From positions 68,036 through 132,035 of the forward strand of contig JAQGPJ010000051.1 in assembly GCA_028293125.1 (NCBI GenBank): DNA of 64,000 nucleotides, in the 5' to 3' direction. The notes under the pieces were generated by a model, which saw only the letters and a program-made list of their open reading frames with translations, made no database searches and was not told where the DNA came from. Of the stretch, positions 9,402 to 18,500 are shown in pieces. The translations under genes and the position numbers were made by a program. Source of the stretch: Verrucomicrobiales bacterium (lineage in GTDB: Bacteria; Verrucomicrobiota; Verrucomicrobiia; Verrucomicrobiales; V1-33). Positions within the stretch are counted from its first letter, which is position 1. Every line of letters begins with the position of its first letter.

Positions 9402-10904
9402 ATGAACTTCCGTTTTCCGTTCACCGCATCCGCCGTGACCCTGCTGGCTTTGGCCGCCGCCGTCCTCACCCCTTCGGCGGCGGAGGCCGCTCCGGCTCCG
9501 GAAACCTCCATCCTGCGGGTGAACATCACCAGCCAGGGATACAATTTCGCGCTTCCCTGGCAGAAGCAGCGCCCCGGCACCCGCCGCGGCCTGGGGGCTC
9601 TGCTGGAGGGCAACCGCGTGCTGGTCACGGCGGAGCTCGCCCAGGACGCCACCTACATCGAGCTGGAGCAGGCGGCTTCCGGCAAGCGCATCACCGCCCA
9701 GGTGGAGGCCATCGACTACGAGGTCAACCTGGCGACCGTCGTGCCCGTGGATGCGCCCGGCGATTTTTTCAAAAACATGGAGCCGCTGGTGCTGGACACT
9801 GGCCTCAAACCCCGGACCGCGCTGGAGGTCTGGCAGTTTGAAGCCAACGGCGCTCCGGTGACCTCCACGGTGGATTTTGACCGCGTCGATCTGGCCCCCT
9901 ACTTTCTGGAGGATCAGGTGTTTCTCATTTTTCAGGCCAATGGTGCGGTGCAGTACCGCAGCGGCACCTTCACCCTGCCCGTGATCCATGAGGGCAAGCT
10001 GGCGGGCATGCTGCTCCGCTACAATGCCCGGGACCAGGTGTCGGATATCCTGCCGGCCCCCATGATTGAGAATTTCCTCAAGGATGTGGCCCAGGCCCCC
10101 TACGAGGGCCTGCCCAGCTTCGGGGTGCGCATCGCCCCCACCCTGGATCCCCAGCTGCGGTCCTATCTGAAACTGGACAAATACGAGGGCGGGGTCCTTA
10201 TCAATTCCGTGACGCCCGGATTCTCCGGTGCCGCCGCCGGGGTCAAAGAGGGGGATGTGATTGTGGAGATCAACGGCTACAAGCTGGACGCCCGCGGCTA
10301 CTACCAGGATCCCTCCTATGGCCTGCTGAGCCTGGGTCACCTGCTGCGCGGTGCCTGCAAAGTGGGCGATGTCATGAAAATGAAGCTCATCCGCGACGGC
10401 CAGCCTTTGGACGTGGACGTGAAGATGCTGCGCAAGGAGGCCAATGAGTTTCTGGTCGATCCCTACGTGTTTGACCGCCAGCCGCGCTATCTGATTCTCG
10501 GCGGCATCCTCTTTCAGGAGCTGACCACACCCTACCTGCAGCTGGCCGGCAAGGAGTGGAAGGACCGCGCCCCTTTCCGTCTGGTCTATGCCCAGGCGAA
10601 TCAGGATGACTTTCTAAAGTCCGGGCGCAAGAAACTGGTGTTTATCAGCGGGGTGCTGCCGGCCCCCTGCACCATCGGTTACGAGCGCCTCTCCGGCCTG
10701 ATCGTCAACAAGGTCAACGGCAAGGAGATCACCGATCTGGCGGCTCTGGCGGAGGCGGTGAAGCTGCCGGAGAACGGTATCCACCGCATTGAGGTCACCG
10801 ACGGCCCGCGTACCATTTACATCGATGACGCCCAGGCGAAGCAGGACAACGAGGACTTCCTGCCCAGCCGCTACCGCATCACCGAGATGGAGCAGCTGAA
10901 ATAA
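9402..10904 (+). CDS. HtrA-like paralog with a degenerate catalytic triad (predicted pseudoprotease) plus PDZ-like region
   Basis: ATG at 9402 gives a signal peptide (MNFRFPFTASAVTLLALAAAVLTPSAAEA). The protein aligns with the upstream protease along its length. The catalytic positions read VTAELA (His lost), EVNLATV (Asp to Asn) and GTFTLPV (Ser to Phe). A PDZ-like stretch is GVKEGDVIVEINGYKL. Confidence 0.8.
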   Translation: MNFRFPFTASAVTLLALAAAVLTPSAAEAAPAPETSILRVNITSQGYNFALPWQKQRPGTRRGLGALLEGNRVLVTAELAQDATYIELEQAASGKRITAQVEAIDYEVNLATVVPVDAPGDFFKNMEPLVLDTGLKPRTALEVWQFEANGAPVTSTVDFDRVDLAPYFLEDQVFLIFQANGAVQYRSGTFTLPVIHEGKLAGMLLRYNARDQVSDILPAPMIENFLKDVAQAPYEGLPSFGVRIAPTLDPQLRSYLKLDKYEGGVLINSVTPGFSGAAAGVKEGDVIVEINGYKLDARGYYQDPSYGLLSLGHLLRGACKVGDVMKMKLIRDGQPLDVDVKMLRKEANEFLVDPYVFDRQPRYLILGGILFQELTTPYLQLAGKEWKDRAPFRLVYAQANQDDFLKSGRKKLVFISGVLPAPCTIGYERLSGLIVNKVNGKEITDLAALAEAVKLPENGIHRIEVTDGPRTIYIDDAQAKQDNEDFLPSRYRITEMEQLK

Positions 10905-11034
10905 ACAGCCCCGGCCCGCCTCCATTCCTTTTCCTTCCCGTCACGGACTCACCTGCCGCACCGTGACCGTGCGCCGCGGAAGACCCATCCAATGCCTGAG
11001 GTGGATTTTTCTTATCCCTGCCGCCACAGGACCC

Positions 11035-11889
11035 ATGGAGCAGCCCAGTAAAAAAAGCGGTGGCCCGCAGCAGGACCAGACCTTCGACAGTCCGGGCTCC
11101 CAGTGCTGGTATCTGACCGCCGGGGACTGCCCGCTCATGGTGTCCCATGGGCTGGCCCGCGTGGGGATCGATGACACCGCCGCCGGCTACCGACGGGTGC
11201 GCCTCCGCCCTGCGGGCAGCTTCATCCTAGAAACCTCCGAGGGTGAGGGCCGGGTCTTTCTGGAGGGTAAATGGCAGAAAACCACCCAGGGGGAGGTCGT
11301 GCTGGCTCCTCCACGCGTGCTGAACGCCTTCCGCACCGCCAAGGGCCAGCATTGGAAAATCGCCTACGTGCGCTACAATGAGCCCGCCGGCGTGAAACCC
11401 CTGGTCGATTCCGGCTCCCCCCTCCGCCAGGCGGGCCACATCCGTCTCAGCCTGGCGCTGGCCGGCCTGCGCGATGAATGGGACAACGAGCGCGAGCCCT
11501 CCATGCTCCGCCACTGGCTGGCCATCATCGACGCCATCGCCCGCCGGCTGGCCCGCCCCTGGCGCATGGACCAGCGGCTGTGGCAGCTCTGGAACGATGT
11601 CGAAGCCGCCATCGACGCCGACTGGCCCCTGCACCGCCTGGCCAGCCACGCCGGCCTCAGCGCCGAGCACCTCCGCCGCACCTGCCTGGGCGCCCTGGGC
11701 CGCTCCCCTATCGAGCACCTGACCTACCTCCGCGTGCAGCGCGCCCAGGACCTTTTGGAGTCCGGCGACGACAAAATCGAGGTCATCGCGCGCCGGGTGG
11801 GCTACACCTCAGGCCACGCCTTTTCCCGCGCTTTCCAGCGCTGTGTGGGTTTGCTTCCGTCCGAGTTCCGCCAGCCGAATCCGCATTGA
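11035..11889 (+). CDS. AraC-family transcriptional regulator
   Basis: The C-terminal double HTH is LASHAGLSAEHLRRTCLGALGRSPIEHLTYLRVQRAQDLLESGDDKIEVIARRVGYTSGHAFSRAFQRCVGLLPSEFR. The start was chosen at ATG 11035 and alternatives exist. Confidence 0.8.
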   Translation: MEQPSKKSGGPQQDQTFDSPGSQCWYLTAGDCPLMVSHGLARVGIDDTAAGYRRVRLRPAGSFILETSEGEGRVFLEGKWQKTTQGEVVLAPPRVLNAFRTAKGQHWKIAYVRYNEPAGVKPLVDSGSPLRQAGHIRLSLALAGLRDEWDNEREPSMLRHWLAIIDAIARRLARPWRMDQRLWQLWNDVEAAIDADWPLHRLASHAGLSAEHLRRTCLGALGRSPIEHLTYLRVQRAQDLLESGDDKIEVIARRVGYTSGHAFSRAFQRCVGLLPSEFRQPNPH

Positions 11890-11939
11890 CCTGGCAGGCT
11901 GACCCGGATTTCCAAGAAGCTGTCTGAAAATTCCCAATA

Positions 11940-12135
11940 ACTTGGTCCAGGAGGTGGAAAATGAACCGTTCCGGTTAAAATTCGGGGATGAATGCCTGCC
12001 CAGCCAGCCAGCCAGCCCGGACCCCGTGGTTATGATGCGGCCAGGAAAATTAATGGACGAAAAAGACATGTCCTGGCGGACACCTGCGGCTTTCTCCTGG
12101 CGCTGAAAGGATTTCGGCGGCTGGGCATCCGCTTC
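11940..12135 (+). mobile_element. Internally deleted, frameshifted IS5-family (DDE) transposase remnant
   Basis: GYDAARKINGRKRHVLADTCGFLLAL (12028..12105) matches the conserved IS5-family block GYD.gKK..GRKRH.lVDt.G.ll. It is fused directly to LKGFRRLGIRF, which resembles the C-terminal W/L..(Y/F)RRL...YE block, implying an internal deletion. A weak, out-of-frame TWSRRWKMN piece (11940-) resembles the F.rW...G block. No intact ORF or terminal inverted repeats were identified. A (CAGC)x4 microsatellite lies at about 12003..12019. Confidence 0.55.
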
Positions 12136-12272
12136 AACCATCACAAATGGGCGGGCGACTCCACGCTCATTGTGCTGCCGCGCCACCTGCTGGATGAACC
12201 TGTTGAGGGGCTCGGAGCCGCAGTCAAAGCTGCCCCGTCATGGGAGGCATCCAAAAGTTCGACTCTACTCAC
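12136..12272 (-). pseudogene. N-terminal fragment of a GNAT-type (TacT/KacT-like) toxin, frameshifted and 3'-truncated
   Basis: Minus-strand reading gives VSRVELLDASHDGA, then a 1-nt frame change, then FDCGSEPLNRFIQQVARQHNERGVARPFVMV. This matches the N-terminal pattern L...HD...FDCG...LN.fL......q......R.fV. of DUF1778-associated GNAT toxins. Homology stops where the IS5 remnant begins. Confidence 0.6.
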
Positions 12273-12276
12273 GGAT

Positions 12277-12543
12277 CATCTGCTTATGAATGGGTTGGCC
12301 TCCAGCATTGCCGCGTTGGGGGCTGGCGGATTCTTAAGCAGCCAGGCAAACAACTCCGCATCTCTGTGCCCAGTTTAATGATGCGTTCCGTGACCAGCAA
12401 ATGGCCTTCCCGACAACCCCCGTGATCATGAAGCTATTCAGCGGCACGGCCAGATAAGCAGCAGCGGTTTACAGCATCTTCTGAACGGAGGCGGGCACGC
12501 GGACGGTAATCCGGGTTTTGGGTTCACTTGTGGCAGTGGCCAT
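12277..12543 (-). pseudogene. DUF1778 (TacA-like, RHH) antitoxin pseudogene
   Basis: Minus strand from the ATG at 12543 reads MATATSEPKTRITVRVPASVQKML, then an in-frame TAA (12469..12471), then TAAAYLAVPLNSFMITGVVGKA. A second frame gives LLVTERIIKLGTEMR and a third gives ELFAWLLKNPPAPNAAMLEANPFISR. Together these follow the DUF1778 pattern K.R(I/L).(L/V)R....q.L...AA..g.sl..Fi...a......e.rii.L...d...f...L.nPP.PN..L..A. Confidence 0.6.
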
Positions 12544-12816
12544 AAACCTAAAAAGAGCGATGACTTTGACTGAAATTGCCGAACATACTGAGGATCAACG
12601 ACTTGCAGGTGAAGCGCCGCTCACCCAAAGGGTGAATTGTCCGCGATTGGCAACTACTTTATTTTCAAAGTGTTACCTCAAATTTTCATCATTCCATTTT
12701 CCTTTTTAGGATAAATGCTGTTTGACAAGAGCTTCAATCCGATGCCGGCATATCGAATTCCAAGCCGGTGTCAATTTGGCACCAGCATCCTGCCCGCACT
12801 GCTTTCCGTCCGGTAT

Positions 12817-13146
12817 TCAGGTGAGATGGACAAGCGTGGCCCCCCAGCCCCCCGCCGACTCCGGAGCGGGAAAACTCCACGAGCCCACCAGGGAATCCGG
12901 CTCCGCCGCCATTCGTGTCAGAAGGGTATGGACACCCGTGCGCAGGGTGCCCGATCCCTTGCCATGAATCACCCGGACCACCGCAATGCCCTGCGCCTGG
13001 CATTCCCCGAACCAGGCCCGCAACAGTTCCGGCAAGTCACGCGGGCGGAAGGTGTGCAGGTCCAAATCGCCCGTGACCCGCACGGTCACAGGTTCGGGTT
13101 CGGGCCCGGGCTTGGACGGCTCCTCCCGCTGCTTCGCGGGGTTCAC
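12817..13146 (-). CDS. Small Smr-domain protein (Smr/MutS2 C-terminal nuclease-like)
   Basis: The Smr core is LDLHTFRPRDLPELLRAWFGECQAQGIAVVRVIHGKGSGTLRTGVHTLL...GGWGATLVHL. The proposed GTG start at 13146 overlaps the DUF1501 stop (GTGA). Alternative GTG starts lie near 13092 and 13086. The longer ORF to 13365 would overlap DUF1501 out of frame and is rejected. Confidence 0.65.
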   Translation of the reverse strand: MNPAKQREEPSKPGPEPEPVTVRVTGDLDLHTFRPRDLPELLRAWFGECQAQGIAVVRVIHGKGSGTLRTGVHTLLTRMAAEPDSLVGSWSFPAPESAGGWGATLVHLT

Positions 13147-14606
13147 GCGACCAGATTGGGAACCACGTGTGCAGTCTCCACGCCGGTCAGCCGCTGGTCG
13201 AGCCCCTGATAGCGGAAGGTGAAGGACTCGTGGTTGTAGCCGAGCAGCTTCAGCACCGTGGCGTGGAAGTCGCGGATGTGGACCGGATCCTTCACGATGT
13301 TGTAGCAGAAATCGTCCGTCTCCCCATGGATGGTGCCGGGCTTGGAGCCGCCGCCGGCCATCCACATGGTGAAGCAGCGGGGGTGGTGGTCGCGGCCGTA
13401 GGTTTCCCGGCTGACCCCGCCCTGGCTGTAGATGGTGCGTCCGAACTCCCCGCCCCAGATGACCAGGGTGTCATCGTAAAGACCGCGCTGCTTGAGGTCC
13501 TGGATCAGGCCGTAGCAGGGCTGGTCGACATCCGCGCACTGGAACTTCATGCGGCCCGGCAGGTTGCCGTGGTGGTCCCAGTTATTGTGGTAGATCTGCA
13601 CAAAGCGCACCCCGCGCTCCACCATGCGGCGGGCGAGCAGGATGCTGTGGGCGAAGCTGCCGGGTTTTTCGACATCCGGGCCGTAGAGTGCCCTCGTGGA
13701 TTCCGGCTCGCTCTTCAGATCGGTCAGCTCCGGCACGCTGCTCTGCATGCGGAAGGCCATCTCATACTGCTGGATGCGGGTGTGGGTCTCCGGATCGCCC
13801 ACCAAGCCGTAGTTCATCTCGTTCAGCGCCTTCAGCCCGTCGAGAGTGCGGCGGCGCATGCCAGCGGAGACACCAGGCGGATTGTTGATGTAAAGGATAG
13901 GGTCGGGACCACTGCGGAAGGCCACGCCGGCGTGCTCGCCCGGCAGGTAGCCGCTGCCCCAGAGGCGGGCGGAGATGGCCTGAATCTGCTCCGTGTTGGT
14001 CGGCTTGGCCACCAGCACCACAAAGGTTGGCAGGTCGCTGTTCTCGGACCCCAGACCGTAGGACACCCACGATCCCAGGCAGGGACGGCCCGTGATCTGA
14101 TTGCCGGTCTGCATGAAGCTGATGGCGGGCTCGTGGTTGATGGCCTCGGTGTGCATGGACCGGATGAAGCACATGTCGTCCACCATTTTGGCGGTCCACG
14201 GCAGCATCTCGCTGACCCACATGCCGCACTTGCCATGCTGCTGGAACTTGTATTTGGAGGGGGCAATGGGGAAACGGGACTGCCCGGAGGTCATGCCCGT
14301 GAGCCGCTGGCCGTTGCGGACGGATTCCGGCAGGTCCTTGTCGTAATATTTGTCCATCTCCGGCTTGTAGTCGTAGAGATCGATCTGGGAGGGACCGCCC
14401 ACCATGTGCAGGTAGATGACGCGTTTGGCCTTGGGCGCAAAGTGGTTCACGGCCTTCATGGCCGCCTCACTGTCCGACGCGTCCGCTCCGCGGATCCCCG
14501 CCTGCTGCATAAGGGCGGTCAGCGCCGCGAAGCCGAGCACATTCTTGCCGCGGCCGAAAAACTGGCGGCGGGTTTCGTAGCGGACATAATCGTCGATGAG
14601 GGACAT
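13143..14606 (-). CDS. DUF1501 domain protein (sulfatase/alkaline-phosphatase-like, Tat signal)
   Basis: 487 aa with an ATG start. The Tat-like signal is ETRRQFFGRGKNVLGFAALTAL. Typical DUF1501 blocks are VIYLHMVGGPSQIDLYDYKP, FIRSMHTEAINHEPA, HNNWDHHGNL, VIWGGEFGRT and GRDHHPRCFTMWMAGGG. Confidence 0.9.
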   Translation of the reverse strand: MSLIDDYVRYETRRQFFGRGKNVLGFAALTALMQQAGIRGADASDSEAAMKAVNHFAPKAKRVIYLHMVGGPSQIDLYDYKPEMDKYYDKDLPESVRNGQRLTGMTSGQSRFPIAPSKYKFQQHGKCGMWVSEMLPWTAKMVDDMCFIRSMHTEAINHEPAISFMQTGNQITGRPCLGSWVSYGLGSENSDLPTFVVLVAKPTNTEQIQAISARLWGSGYLPGEHAGVAFRSGPDPILYINNPPGVSAGMRRRTLDGLKALNEMNYGLVGDPETHTRIQQYEMAFRMQSSVPELTDLKSEPESTRALYGPDVEKPGSFAHSILLARRMVERGVRFVQIYHNNWDHHGNLPGRMKFQCADVDQPCYGLIQDLKQRGLYDDTLVIWGGEFGRTIYSQGGVSRETYGRDHHPRCFTMWMAGGGSKPGTIHGETDDFCYNIVKDPVHIRDFHATVLKLLGYNHESFTFRYQGLDQRLTGVETAHVVPNLVA

Positions 14607-14803
14607 GGCTGGGAATATTTGGAGAACCAGGACGCGGAGCCGGCGACGGGAATTCTGCGGTCTTCCAGTGATCGGTCCCGGCCCCGCACGCGGGAAGGGA
14701 GAGTAATGTCACCGGCGGGCCGGCTTTCCTATTCCGAGTTACGCTCGTCCCTGGCCTGGCTTTCCGGTAAAATAAAGCCTGAAGGAAGCGGGCGGTTCCG
14801 GAG

Positions 14804-14880
14804 CGTATACCGAAAACGGCTGACAATACGATGAAATACCCGCGCCGCCGGCGCGTTTTCCATGATGGACGGTATACCGT
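14804..14880. promoter_or_regulatory. Two GTATAC-core palindromes (candidate GntR/FadR-type operators) in the divergent DUF1501 / GntR intergenic region
   Basis: A perfect 12-bp palindrome ACGGTATACCGT lies at 14869..14880, 36 bp upstream of the GntR ATG. A related half-degenerate site CGTATACCG lies at 14804..14812. GntR-family operators commonly have GT-N-AC type palindromic cores (established knowledge). Assigning these sites to this regulator is inference. Confidence 0.35.
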
Positions 14881-14915
14881 TTCCCCTTTTCACACCTTCT
14901 TTTCCCTGCTCTTCC

Positions 14916-15581
14916 ATGTCCGGCAGCCCGGCATCCCCTTCCCTCGCCGATTCCGCCACCTCCGTGCTGCGGGATGAGATCGTGCGCGGGAAAATGGCCC
15001 CCGGCACCCTGTTGGCGGAGGCGGCGGTGGCAGCCCGGCTGGGAGTGAGCCGCGTGCCGGTGCGGGAGGCTCTGTTCACGCTGGAGCGGGAAGGTCTGGT
15101 GGAGTTCAGCCCCACAGGCCGGGCTTTTGTGCGGAAGCTGACCCCGGCGGATTTCGAGGAACTGTTTGCCCTGCGCCTGGCGCTGGAGCCCCTCGCCGCC
15201 GGCCTTGCGGCCCCCTTCCTGAGCCGGGACCCCTCCGCGCTGGAGCGGAATGTGGAGGCGACCGTCCGGGCGCAGTCGGTGCATGAGGTCACCACACTCG
15301 ATCTGGAGTTTCACGAACTCATCCTCGCCGCTTCCGGCAATGGCCGGGTCCTGAAGCTGTGGCGCTCCCTGCGCGGCGAACTGGATCTCTGGCTGAGCCG
15401 TCTGCACCGGCGGCATCAGAATCGGACCCGCGCCACCCTGGACCAAACGGTGCAGGCCCACCGCTTTCTTATCCACGCCTTTCAAACCCAACCCCCGGCG
15501 GCCTGCGTCAGGCTGCTGCGCCAGCATATTCAGGGCTGGCGCGAATGGCTTCCACTGTCCGGGGAGGAATCCGTTCCATGA
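14916..15581 (+). CDS. GntR-family transcriptional regulator, FadR/FCD subfamily
   Basis: ATG at 14916. The wHTH is LLAEAAVAARLGVSRVPVREALFTLEREGLVEF. The FCD-like helices are LDLEFHELILAASGNGRVLKLWRSL. Its stop overlaps the next gene's ATG (ATGA at 15578..15581). Confidence 0.85.
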   Translation: MSGSPASPSLADSATSVLRDEIVRGKMAPGTLLAEAAVAARLGVSRVPVREALFTLEREGLVEFSPTGRAFVRKLTPADFEELFALRLALEPLAAGLAAPFLSRDPSALERNVEATVRAQSVHEVTTLDLEFHELILAASGNGRVLKLWRSLRGELDLWLSRLHRRHQNRTRATLDQTVQAHRFLIHAFQTQPPAACVRLLRQHIQGWREWLPLSGEESVP

Positions 15582-18500
15582 AGTCCCCCTTTGCCATTCC
15601 TCCGTTCATTTCCCTGCCCGTCCTGGCTGCCGGGATGCTGATGCCGTCCGCCGCCGGGCTCCGGGCCGCGCCGGATTTCCAGCGTGAAGTGCTGCCGGTG
15701 CTGACGCAGTACTGCAACAACTGCCACTCCACGGAGAAGCAGAAGGGCGATCTGGATCTGGAACGCTTCCAGACTCCTGCCCAGGTCAAACAGCACACCG
15801 GCGTCTGGGAGCATGTGCTGGAGCAGATGGCCAACAACGAAATGCCGCCGAAGAACAAACCCCAGCTGCCTCCGGATAAAAAGCAGCTGCTGACCTCCTG
15901 GGTGCGTTCGGCCTTGGACGAGGCCGCGCTGGAGAGCGCGGGCGATCCTGGTCCGGTGGTGCTGCGGCGGCTGTCCAATGCGGAGTACACCTGGACAGTC
16001 CGTGATCTGACGGGGGTGGATTCCCTGGATCCCGCGCATGAGTTTCCCGTGGACGGAGCCGCCGGCGAGGGCTTCACCAATGCCGGGGCGGGACTGGTGA
16101 TGTCCCCTTCCCTGGTCACGAAGTATTTCGACGCCGCCAAGGAGATCGCCGCCCACGCGGTGCTGCTGCCGGACGGCATCCGCTTCTCCCCCAACACCTC
16201 CCAGCGGGACTGGACGGATGAGAGTCTGGCCGCCATCCGGGGTTTTTACAGCCGCTGGACCGTGCCGGGAGGCGGCTCCGAGGTGAATCTACAGGGCATT
16301 AAATTTGATACGGCGGACGGGGGGGTGCTGCCCTTGGAGAAATACCTGACGGCCACCTTGGCGGAACGCGCCGGCCTGGCTTCGGGCAGCCGGTCCATCT
16401 CCGACGCTGCCGCCGCGCACGGACTGAATGAGAAATACCTGGGCACGCTCTGGACGGCACTGAACGGCACGGCTCCCTCGTTTCTGCTGGATCAGCTGCG
16501 GGTCCGCTGGCGCAGTGCGGGCCCCGGAGACGCCCCGTCGCTGATGGCCTGTATCACTCCCTGGCAGCAGGCGCTGTGGCGCTTCACGCAGGTGGGTCAA
16601 ATAGGCAAACGGGACAGTGCTAAAAACTGGCAGGTGCCCGTGGGTCTGCTGGAGGAGTCCCGGGAAATCCGGCTGAAGATCCCGCCACCCGCCGCTGGCG
16701 GCGATGGGACGGTGAGTGTGTTCCTTTCCGCCTCCGATGCCGGGGATGGCGGCAGGGATGATTTGGCGCTGTGGGAGAATCCCCGGCTCATCATTCCGGG
16801 CCGCCCGGATCTGCCGCTGCGGGATGCCGCGGCCGCCGTGCAGGCTCTGAGCGCTGAACGGGAAGCGCTGTTTGGCCAGGCGGCCCGCTGTCTGGAGGCG
16901 GCTGCGGAGCCGGCACCGTTCCGCGATCCGGCGACGCTGTCCCGGCTGGCTGCGGACCACAGGGTGGACCCGCAGGTGTTGGAAACCTGGCTGAAGGCTC
17001 TGGGTCTGAACGCCGGGGAGACCACTATCGATTCCCACCTCGCCCAGCGGCTGGAGAGCGCCGAAAATTATGCTTTTGTCAAAGGCTGGACCGGCCCCAA
17101 TGCCCTGGGGGTGCTGGCCAATCCCACGGACCATCCGGTGCGGGTGCCGGGTTTGATCAAAGCGCACGGCCTGTCGGTGCATCCGGCTCCCGACCGCCGT
17201 GTGGTGGCCGGATGGCGCAGCCCGGTGGCCGGCACTCTGAAGGTGGAGGCGGTGGTGCAGGACGCCCACACCGCCTGCGGCAATGGATTCACCTGGGCGG
17301 TGCAGCTGCGTCAGGGCAGCAGCCTGCGGCAGCTGGCTTCGGGAATCGTGGACGGGACCGAAGCCGTGAAAACCGGGCCTCTGGAAAACATCGCTGTGCA
17401 GCCTGGCGATGTGCTGGCGCTGGTCATTGGCCCGCGCGACGGGAATCATATCTGCGACATGACTGCCGTGGACCTGACTATCACCGACGGCAGCCACTTC
17501 TGGGATTTGGCGAAGGAGGTTTCGCCGGACATCCTCGCGGGCAATCCGCATGCCGACGAGGCGGGCAACGCCGGAGTGTGGCACTTCTTCAGTGAACCTG
17601 ACAATGGAGCTTCCCAGGAGGCCGTGGTGCCGCCCGGTTCCCTGCTGGCGCACTGGTATGAGGCCGGCACCAAGAAGGAGAAAAGCTGGCTGGCTGAGCA
17701 GTTTCAAAAATTCCTGCTGGCCGGACCGTCCGGACTGCCGGCGGAGGCTCCGGATGCCGCGCTGCACCGTCAGCTGGCTTCGGTGAACGGCCCCCTGCTG
17801 GGCGGCTTGCTGCGGAAAATCGGAACGCCGGCGGCTCCTCTTCCGCCTGCTCCCGAGGATTCCCCATGGGGTTTGAAACCCTCCCTTTTCGGCACCGCCG
17901 CCGGCGTGGAAACCCCGCCCGCCAGCCTGTGTGTCCACGCGCCATCCGTGCTGGAGGTCCGCCTGCCCGCGGATCTGCTGACCGCCGGTGCGGAACTGGC
18001 CGCCATCGCCCGGCTCCATCCCTCCGCCGGTCCGGAGGGCAGCGTGCAAATGCGGATGCTCACGGCCCGCCCCGCCTCCGTCACGGGTCCCGTTGCCGAA
18101 CTGCCCAAGGAACTGGGAACCAAAACCAAATGGTCGGACGGTGAGCAGTCCGTGTCCGCCGGCTCACCCATCCTCGTGCGCCGGGACAGCGCCGCCTGGC
18201 AGCGGCTGGACCGCGCCTGCGGGGAATTCCGCGATCTTTTCCCCGCCGCCCTCTGCTACACGAAAATTGTGCCTGTGGACGAGGTCGTGACCCTGACGCT
18301 GTTCTACCGCGAGGACGACCAACTGAAACGGCTCCTGCTGAACGATGCCCAGACCGCTGAACTGGACCAGCTGTGGGACCGCCTGCATTATGTCAGCCAG
18401 GATGCGCTGAAGCTGGTGGACGCCTACGAGCAGCTGTACCAGTTCGCCACCCAGGATGCCGACCCGAGCGCCTTCGCAGCGCTGCGTGAGCCCATCCAGC

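Noticed and set aside
7904-9652. 582-aa minus-strand ORF antisense to the two HtrA-like genes
   Set aside because: The composition is dominated by Arg/Gly/Ala/His/Gln with no motifs. It overlaps two plus-strand genes that carry clear protease and PDZ motifs. This is a typical GC-rich antisense open frame.
12136-12192. Continuation of the IS5 C-terminal similarity (NHHKWAGDSTLIVLPRHLL) beyond about 12135
   Set aside because: This stretch overlaps the much stronger minus-strand GNAT-toxin match (ARQHNERGVARPFVMV). I therefore place the deletion junction near 12136 and treat the plus-strand similarity beyond it as coincidental.
12518-12709. 63-aa plus-strand ORF in the lower-GC patch upstream of the antitoxin remnant
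   Set aside because: It has no motif and overlaps the antitoxin start on the opposite strand. The region is better explained as the former TA promoter/operator plus decayed DNA.
13167-14834. 555-aa plus-strand ORF antisense to DUF1501
   Set aside because: It has no recognisable domain and a biased composition (A/G/H/V/R). The opposite strand encodes an unmistakable DUF1501 protein with a Tat signal.
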